Assembly: GCA_963677595.1 (NCBI GenBank)
Contig: OY782041.1
Location: 3,520,001 to 3,584,000, forward strand
DNA from: Spirochaetia bacterium
GTDB lineage: Bacteria > Spirochaetota > Spirochaetia > CAKZLE01
Direction: 5' to 3'
Length of the DNA stretch: 64,000 bases
Each line of letters begins with the position of its first letter. Within the stretch, counting starts at the first letter, position 1. Under the pieces are notes generated by a model. The model was not told where the DNA came from, searched no databases, and saw only the letters and a list, made by a program, of their open reading frames with translations. Made by a program: the position numbers and the translations under genes. Shown in pieces: positions 58,051 through 64,000 of this stretch.

Positions 58051-58530
58051 TTTATAACATTATTACAAAACTTATAACTAAAAAGATGGTTCTCACGTTA
58101 AAGAAAGACACCAATGTTGTTTTGGTTTTCGATACAGATGTGGAACAGTGTGAGAAACTGAAAGAGAATATTTCATTTCTTGAAAAGCAACCAATGGTTA
58201 AAAAGGTTATATGTATTCCACAGGTGAAGAATCTAGAGGATGAACTGATTAGGAGCTGTGAGATTAGGCAAATAAAAGAGCTATTGTCCAGTAGATCAAA
58301 TACTGATTTCAAAAGAGATTTATGCAAGAGTAAATGCCTTCATAACAACCTTAAGAGGCATAATTTTGATATACAAAAGTTTTGGAGTAAGAAACCCACA
58401 GGTGTTTTTGCACATATTCCTAATGATTCAACAGAAATAAAAAAATAATGCCTTACCAATATGACTGTTCTGACTTAATTCGATCGTAGACAGAAGACCC
58501 TAATTTGAGTCGTGGATCAAAGATCTTGAA

Positions 58531-58566
58531 GCCTCTCTCCTATTTACAAATTGTTGGGAATTTAGG
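58531..58566 (+). mobile_element. Degenerate isolated end of the same IS family
   Basis: GCCTCTCTCCTATTTACAAATTGTTGGGAATTTAGG versus the IS end GCCTCTCTCCTAGTTACAAATTATCGGGAATTTGGG (4 mismatches in 36). Confidence 0.75.
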
Positions 58567-58606
58567 ATAGAAGGAGTCCCCCTTTCATATTGTTCCTCAC
58601 ATAGAG

Positions 58607-58642
58607 AAGGACCGTCTCTCCCTCATACGGTGAGACGGTCCT
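58607..58642 (-). terminator. Hairpin downstream of pta
   Basis: AGGACCGTCTC...GAGACGGTCCT. Confidence 0.6.
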
Positions 58643-58666
58643 CATATGGTCCTCGTATAGGTGAGT

Positions 58667-59665
58667 CTATTCAGCGACCTGTGCGATGGAGATCGCAGCG
58701 GTCACCACGATATCCTCGACGCTGCAGCCTCGTGAGAGGTCATTGACCGGTTTCGCGAATCCCTGCAGCAGCGGGCCGTAGGCTTCCGCACCGGCAAGTC
58801 TCTGTGCCAGTTTGTAGGCGATGTTCCCAGCCTGGAGGTCTGGGAAGATGAGGGTGTTGGCCTTTCCGGCAACCACTGAACCGGGAGCCTTCGAAGCGCC
58901 GATCGATCCGATGATCGCAGCATCGAGCTGGAGTTCGCCGTCAACGTTGAGCTCAGGTGCTTTCTCCTTGACGAGTGCGAGTGCATTGGTCACCTTGTCG
59001 ATGCTCGGGTGTGATGCTGATCCCTTGGTAGAGAAGGAGAGCATGGCAGTGACAGGTTCCGTGTCGAGGAATGCCCGGCATGAGTCTGATGCTGCGATGG
59101 TGATCTCCGCGAGCTGCTCGACGTTGGGGTCAGGGATGGTCCCGCAGTCAGAGAAGATGAACTGGCCGTCAACGCCGAGTTCCTTCTTGTCTGAGCAGAT
59201 GACGAAGCAGGATGATGCATACTTGGTCCCGGGTTTCGTCTTGATGATCGTGAAGGCTGAGAGGAGCACGTTCCCGGTAGAGTTCTGGGCACCGGCGACC
59301 ATGGCATGTGCGTCATCGAGCCGTACCATGAGGGCTCCCCACTTGAGCGGGTCGAGGACCTGCTCCCGTGCGAGTTCTACCGTCATGCCTTTGTGCTTTC
59401 GCAGTTCGGTATACTCGGCGGCATATGCCTCGATCCGGTCCGAGGAAGCAGGGTCGAGGATGGTGACGTCTGTCAGGGTGACGCCGGCTGCTTCGGCAGC
59501 CTTGAGAACCTCTTCGTTATTCCCGAGGAGGAAGACTTGTGAGGCAAGGCCTTCGTCCATGATCTTCTGGGATGCGGCGATAGTCCGCGGCTCAGTCCCT
59601 TCAGGCAGGACGAGGATTTTTTTCTTTGATCTAGCTTTCGCTTTCATCTTCTCTGAAAATGTCAT
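58667..59665 (-). CDS. pta: Phosphate acetyltransferase
   Basis: LPEG, SFSTKGS, DGELQLDAA, GNIAYK, NDLSRGC. Confidence 0.96.
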   Translation of the reverse strand: MTFSEKMKAKARSKKKILVLPEGTEPRTIAASQKIMDEGLASQVFLLGNNEEVLKAAEAAGVTLTDVTILDPASSDRIEAYAAEYTELRKHKGMTVELAREQVLDPLKWGALMVRLDDAHAMVAGAQNSTGNVLLSAFTIIKTKPGTKYASSCFVICSDKKELGVDGQFIFSDCGTIPDPNVEQLAEITIAASDSCRAFLDTEPVTAMLSFSTKGSASHPSIDKVTNALALVKEKAPELNVDGELQLDAAIIGSIGASKAPGSVVAGKANTLIFPDLQAGNIAYKLAQRLAGAEAYGPLLQGFAKPVNDLSRGCSVEDIVVTAAISIAQVAE

Positions 59666-59814
59666 AATGAACTCCCATACTTATTAAAAAATACTCATTG
59701 AGCATACCAGAAATGGACACATTAGCATAGTGCAAAACCGGCAGCAGCTCATTTTTGTGGAGAGGGTGGAATGCTCCACTATACAGATGAACAGCTTTTT
59801 TATATGATAGGCGC

Positions 59815-60555
59815 ATGAAGATCGGTATATATGGTTTAGGACGTTTCGGCAGCTTCTGGGCACGTCTCATGGCACGTGAGTTCGACGTCATCGCATACAA
59901 CAGGACCCAGAGAGATTTCGACCTCCCGGGCATCACGCTCTGCACGCTCGAGGAGCTCTGCAGCGCAGATGTCATCTTCCTCTGCGTCGCCATCTCATCG
60001 GTGGAGGGCGTCTTGAAGAAGATCGCCCCGATGCTCAAAGCCGGGACGCTCGTCATGGATACCTGTTCGGTCAAGGTGTTTCCCGCGCAGAAGATGCTGG
60101 AGATCCTCCCTGAAGGCGTCTCCTGTATCGCGACCCACCCGATGTTCGGCCCGGACTCCGGGCGCAACGGCGTCGTCTCCCTGCCGATGGTCTACTCCCC
60201 GCTCAGGTGCGATGAGGAGCGTGCTGCCTACTGGCTCTCGGTCTTCCGGGACACCTACAGGATGCTCGTCCATGAGATGACTCCCGAGGAGCATGACCGG
60301 GAAGCAGCCTTCACCCAGGGGGTCACCCACTTCATCGGGCGGGTCCTCGGCGGACTGGAGCTCTCCCCGAGCGAGATCGGGACTGCCGGGTACCGGAGCC
60401 TCCTCACGATCATCGAGCAGACCTGTAACGACCCGATGCAGCTCTTCTTCGACCTCCAGCGGTACAATCCCTATACTCATGACATGCATCTCAAGCTGAA
60501 CGAGTCCTTGAGAGAGGTGCTCGCGAAACTCAACGAAGCAGAGTCGGGGGAATAG
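59815..60555 (+). CDS. Prephenate/arogenate dehydrogenase
   Basis: GLGRFG, DTCSVK, HPMFGP, EHD, QGVTH. Confidence 0.9.
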   Translation: MKIGIYGLGRFGSFWARLMAREFDVIAYNRTQRDFDLPGITLCTLEELCSADVIFLCVAISSVEGVLKKIAPMLKAGTLVMDTCSVKVFPAQKMLEILPEGVSCIATHPMFGPDSGRNGVVSLPMVYSPLRCDEERAAYWLSVFRDTYRMLVHEMTPEEHDREAAFTQGVTHFIGRVLGGLELSPSEIGTAGYRSLLTIIEQTCNDPMQLFFDLQRYNPYTHDMHLKLNESLREVLAKLNEAESGE

Positions 60556-60560
60556 GGTCC

Positions 60561-61889
60561 ATGAGAATAGCACTGTTCACTCTCGGCTGCAAACTCAACC
60601 AGTGCGAGAGCGAGGGGGTCGCTGACGCCTTCGACAGCCACGGCTTCACCGTGGTGAGCCCGTCGGAGGAGGCAGACCTCTATATAGTCAACACCTGCAC
60701 GGTGACAAGCAAGGCCGAGCAGAAGGCGCGCCGGATGATCCGGAAGTTCGCCGCTATGGATTCACATCCCGTGGTCCTGGTCACCGGCTGTTATGCCCAG
60801 ATGGACCCCGATGACGTGGCAGCACTTGCGGACCGGCTCATCGTCGTGCCGCTGGAACGCAAAGCCAACCTCCTGCAGCTCCCTGCCTACCTGCAGACCC
60901 TGCTGCATGCGAACATATCGCTGCATGAGGGGATCACCTCCTTCATCGAGGCTTCCGCAGAGGAGGAGTCCTCTCCCTTCGACTACAAGGCGATCACCTT
61001 CCAGTACCACGCGAGGGCCTTCCTCAAGATCGAGGACGGCTGCGATAATGCATGTTCCTACTGCCGGGTGACCCTCGCACGCGGGGATGCCGTCAGCCTG
61101 CCGGCTGACGAGGTCGTGAAGCGGTGTCTCGATATCGAGCGGGAAGGGTACCGGGAGATCGTCTTCACCGGGGTGAACATCACGGCGTACCGCAGCGGGG
61201 AGTATGATCTTCCCGGGGTGTTGAAGCTCACGCTCGACGCCCTCTCAGCTGGTACGAGGATCAGGCTCTCTTCGCTCGAACCCGACATGATCACCGATCG
61301 GCTGATCGAGGTCTGTGCTGATGCGAGGGTGCAGCCCCATTTCCATCTCCCGATCCAGACAGCTTCCCCGAAGCTGCTTGCCACCGTGAACCGGGTCTAT
61401 GACCTGGAGGCTGCCTCTGCCCAGATATGGAAACTCGCGGCAGTGAAAGATGATCCCTTCCTTGCCGCTGACATCATCACCGGGCTGCCCGGGGAGCGCG
61501 ATGAGGATGCCCTGGCAACGAGAGAGTACCTTATCCAGACGGGATTCTCCCAGGTCCATGTCTTCCCCTTCTCCCCGAGACCGGGGACTGCGCTCCATGA
61601 TGCGAAGGGGAAGGTGCCTGAGTACCTGCGCGACGAGCGGGCGAAAGAGCTCCGGGACCTCTCTGCAGTACTCTACCGCCGGTATACCGGGCGGTGGGAC
61701 GGCAAGGAGGTCGAGGCTGTCATCGAGGATAGGAAGAACGGCCGGGTGACCGGTGTGAGCGGGAACTACCTGAAGTTCCCCATAACCGGGGTCCCGAGGG
61801 AACTCGGCCGGGGGGCACTCTGCCGGGTTGGGCTGAGAACGACCGCGAAGGGGCTCGCAGCGTCCTTCATCGAATTCATTCCCGTTTGA
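60561..61889 (+). CDS. mtaB: tRNA t6A37 methylthiotransferase
   Basis: TLGCKLNQCES, NTCTVT, GCDNACSYC, HVFPFSPRPGT. Confidence 0.9.
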   Translation: MRIALFTLGCKLNQCESEGVADAFDSHGFTVVSPSEEADLYIVNTCTVTSKAEQKARRMIRKFAAMDSHPVVLVTGCYAQMDPDDVAALADRLIVVPLERKANLLQLPAYLQTLLHANISLHEGITSFIEASAEEESSPFDYKAITFQYHARAFLKIEDGCDNACSYCRVTLARGDAVSLPADEVVKRCLDIEREGYREIVFTGVNITAYRSGEYDLPGVLKLTLDALSAGTRIRLSSLEPDMITDRLIEVCADARVQPHFHLPIQTASPKLLATVNRVYDLEAASAQIWKLAAVKDDPFLAADIITGLPGERDEDALATREYLIQTGFSQVHVFPFSPRPGTALHDAKGKVPEYLRDERAKELRDLSAVLYRRYTGRWDGKEVEAVIEDRKNGRVTGVSGNYLKFPITGVPRELGRGALCRVGLRTTAKGLAASFIEFIPV

Positions 61890-61949
61890 TTGCATAAAAT
61901 CGGGAACAACGCTATAGTAGGGAAAAACGAGAGTAGGATCGGGAAGAAG

Positions 61950-63719
61950 ATGATTACAGATATTAAGAACTCCTGGAAAAGGATTATATACACCGTGATG
62001 CAGGCCCTCGCTGAGGAGCTGACCGGGAGCAGCGACGCTGTAGGAGAGGATGACATCCTCGTGCAGAGGCCTCCCAAGCCCGAGATGGGCGACATCGCCG
62101 TTCCCTTCTTCAGCTTCGCCAAGATTCTCCGTAAGGCTCCCGCACAGATCGCGGGCACCGTCGCCGAGCGTCTCGGTACCATCGAAGAGTGCCCTGCAGG
62201 GACGGTCGTGCATGCAGGCCCCTACCTGAACATCACGATCGACACCGCAGCCCTTGCCGCCTCCCTCAGGGAGGTCATCGAACAGAAGGGTGCATCCTAC
62301 GGGATTACCGACCTCTACGCCGGGAAGAAGGTCATGGTCGAGTTCTCCTGCCCGAACACCAACAAGCCGCTCCACCTCGGCCATATGCGGAATGACTCGA
62401 TCGGGGAGTCCGTCTCCCGGATCATGAAGGCCAACGGGGCAGAGGTCAGGAAGGTGAACCTGATCAACGACCGCGGTGTCCATATCTGCAAGTCCATGCT
62501 CGCCTACCAGCAGTTCGGTAAGGGGGAGACCCCTGAGTCGACCGGCATCAAGAGCGACCACTTCGTCGGGAAGTACTACGTGAAGTTCGCCCAGTGGGCG
62601 AAGGAGTTCCCCGAAGCAGAGGCACAGGCCCAGGCGATGCTGGCCAGATGGGAAGCCGGGGATGAGGAGATCATCCAGCTCTGGGAGCAGATGAACACAT
62701 GGACCATCGACGGGATCAACGAGACCTATGAGAAGACGGGCATCTCCTTCGATGACGTCTATTATGAGAGCAAGACCTATAAGAAGGGCAAGAGCGAGGT
62801 GCTCAAGGGCCTCGAGGACGGGGTCTTCTACAAGGACGAAGAGGGGACCGTGTGGATCGACCTCGAGCCAATCGGGCTCGACAAGAAGGTCCTCCTTAGA
62901 AAGGACGGGACCTCCCTCTACCTGACCCAGGATATCGGGACGGCGATCGCACGGCACAAGGACTGGCCGTTCGACTCCCTGATTTACGTCGTCGGGTCGG
63001 AACAGAAGTACCACTTCACCGTGCTCTTCCATGTCCTCGCGAAGCTCGGCTTCACCTGGGCTGAGCAGCTGTACCACCTCTCCTACGGGATGGTGAACCT
63101 CACCGACGGGAGGATGAAGTCTCGTGAGGGTACGGTCGTCGATGCCGATGACCTCTATGAGAGCCTGAAGAAGATGGCGGTCGACGAGATCGCCGGCAAG
63201 GGTAGGGAGCAGGAGGTCGGCGATATCGAGGCGACCTCGGCAGCAGTCGCTCTCGGTGCCCTCAACTACTACCTGCTGCAGGTGAACCCGAACAAGGATA
63301 TGATCTTTGATCCTAAAGAATCCCTTTCCTTTACTGGAAACACAGGACCATATCTGCAATATATGGGGGCGAGGATCTGCTCCATGCTGAAGAAATATGA
63401 TGCGATCTCTTCAGAGGTGGACCAGCATGCCTTCAACCCGGATCTCCTGAAGGAGACAGAGGAGCGTGAGCTCATCAAGCTCCTCGCTGGATACCCGGAA
63501 GTGGTGCGGCAGGCAGGGCAGGATATGAACCCGTCACTCGTTGCTGCATACCTCTTCGACCTGTCGAAGCTCTACAGCAAGTTCTACCATGATCATTCGA
63601 TCCTCAGGTGCGAGGACCCTGCTCTGGTCAAGGCGAGAGTGACGCTGTCGGTGATGGCTCTGCAGGTGCTGAGGAATGCATTCGAGCTGATCGGTATTCC
63701 TTTCCTAGAAAGTATGTAA
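61950..63719 (+). CDS. argS: Arginine-tRNA ligase
   Basis: PNTNKPLHLGH, MKSREG, GNTGPYLQY. Confidence 0.97.
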   Translation: MITDIKNSWKRIIYTVMQALAEELTGSSDAVGEDDILVQRPPKPEMGDIAVPFFSFAKILRKAPAQIAGTVAERLGTIEECPAGTVVHAGPYLNITIDTAALAASLREVIEQKGASYGITDLYAGKKVMVEFSCPNTNKPLHLGHMRNDSIGESVSRIMKANGAEVRKVNLINDRGVHICKSMLAYQQFGKGETPESTGIKSDHFVGKYYVKFAQWAKEFPEAEAQAQAMLARWEAGDEEIIQLWEQMNTWTIDGINETYEKTGISFDDVYYESKTYKKGKSEVLKGLEDGVFYKDEEGTVWIDLEPIGLDKKVLLRKDGTSLYLTQDIGTAIARHKDWPFDSLIYVVGSEQKYHFTVLFHVLAKLGFTWAEQLYHLSYGMVNLTDGRMKSREGTVVDADDLYESLKKMAVDEIAGKGREQEVGDIEATSAAVALGALNYYLLQVNPNKDMIFDPKESLSFTGNTGPYLQYMGARICSMLKKYDAISSEVDQHAFNPDLLKETEERELIKLLAGYPEVVRQAGQDMNPSLVAAYLFDLSKLYSKFYHDHSILRCEDPALVKARVTLSVMALQVLRNAFELIGIPFLESM

Positions 63720-63802
63720 AGTATTTATATGCTATTGACCAGTCGGCACGGCTTGTGGTATAAGGTATCCTGCATAAATTAAGATTTAAGGATGTGATTT
63801 TC

Positions 63803-64000
63803 ATGTACGCATTGGTAGAGATCAAAGGTAAACAGTACAAGGCACAGGAAGGCGATGTACTGAAAGTCGATAAAATCGATATGGCTGCTGGCGAGACTGT
63901 TGAGTTCGACTCAGTGCTTATGGTAGCTGACGGCGAGACCACCAAGGTCGGTAAGCCGTATGTAGAAGGTGCGAAGGTGACAGCAATCCTCGAGGACCAG
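63803..64000 (+). CDS. rplU: 50S ribosomal protein L21, partial
   Basis: MYALVEIKGKQYKAQEGD...VGKPYVEGAKV; TTGACC/TATAAG promoter at 63735-63764. Confidence 0.95.
   Translation, partial: MYALVEIKGKQYKAQEGDVLKVDKIDMAAGETVEFDSVLMVADGETTKVGKPYVEGAKVTAILEDQ

Larger units (their letters stand above)
56157..58448 (+). pseudogene. RloB-like partner gene, split by IS insertion and frameshifted
   Basis: 5' part YYVEGETDE (56157-56267) with a frameshift near 56217; 3' part VLVFDTD...NLEDEL (58051-58448) is in frame with the post-shift 5' part once the IS is removed. Confidence 0.75.

Noticed and set aside
58821-59687. 288-aa plus-strand ORF
   Set aside because: Antisense to pta.
61890-61949. T-box riboswitch before argS
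   Set aside because: The intergenic region is only about 60 bp, with no T-box motif.
61245-63359. 704-aa minus-strand ORF
   Set aside because: Antisense shadow of argS/mtaB caused by high-GC codon bias; no recognisable motifs.

Overview
GC-rich bacterial chromosome segment, probably from an anaerobic spirochaete (inferred from gene content and lipoprotein style, not proven). From left to right: (1) a partial ArnT-like glycosyltransferase and a stand-alone E2-type acyltransferase; (2) a sulfur-relay operon (split YeeE/YedE, two near-identical TusA/YeeD genes, a TrxB-thioredoxin fusion lacking the HRR NADPH motif, and two rhodanese lipoproteins), with a Fur-like box upstream and a divergent outer-membrane-like protein; (3) a LacI-GH15-ABC-GH66 alpha-1,6-glucan locus flanked by imperfect direct repeats; (4) a DeoR-associated sugar catabolic cluster (PfkB kinase, class II aldolase, Zn dehydrogenase, TRAP, an AT-rich ABC + lactonase block, and an archaeal-type GAPDH plus PGK with altered substrate-binding motifs); (5) housekeeping genes, with a mosaic hairpin-repeat array after a DUF362 gene; (6) a decaying toxin-antitoxin/defence hotspot between rsmA and pta that contains an IS1634-type element; (7) pta, prephenate dehydrogenase, mtaB, argS and partial rplU. 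The best candidates for undescribed systems are the sugar pathway with the divergent GAPDH-II/PGK pair and the envelope-to-cytoplasm sulfur relay. No rRNA, tRNA or CRISPR array was seen. All calls come from reading motifs by eye; no database searches were run.
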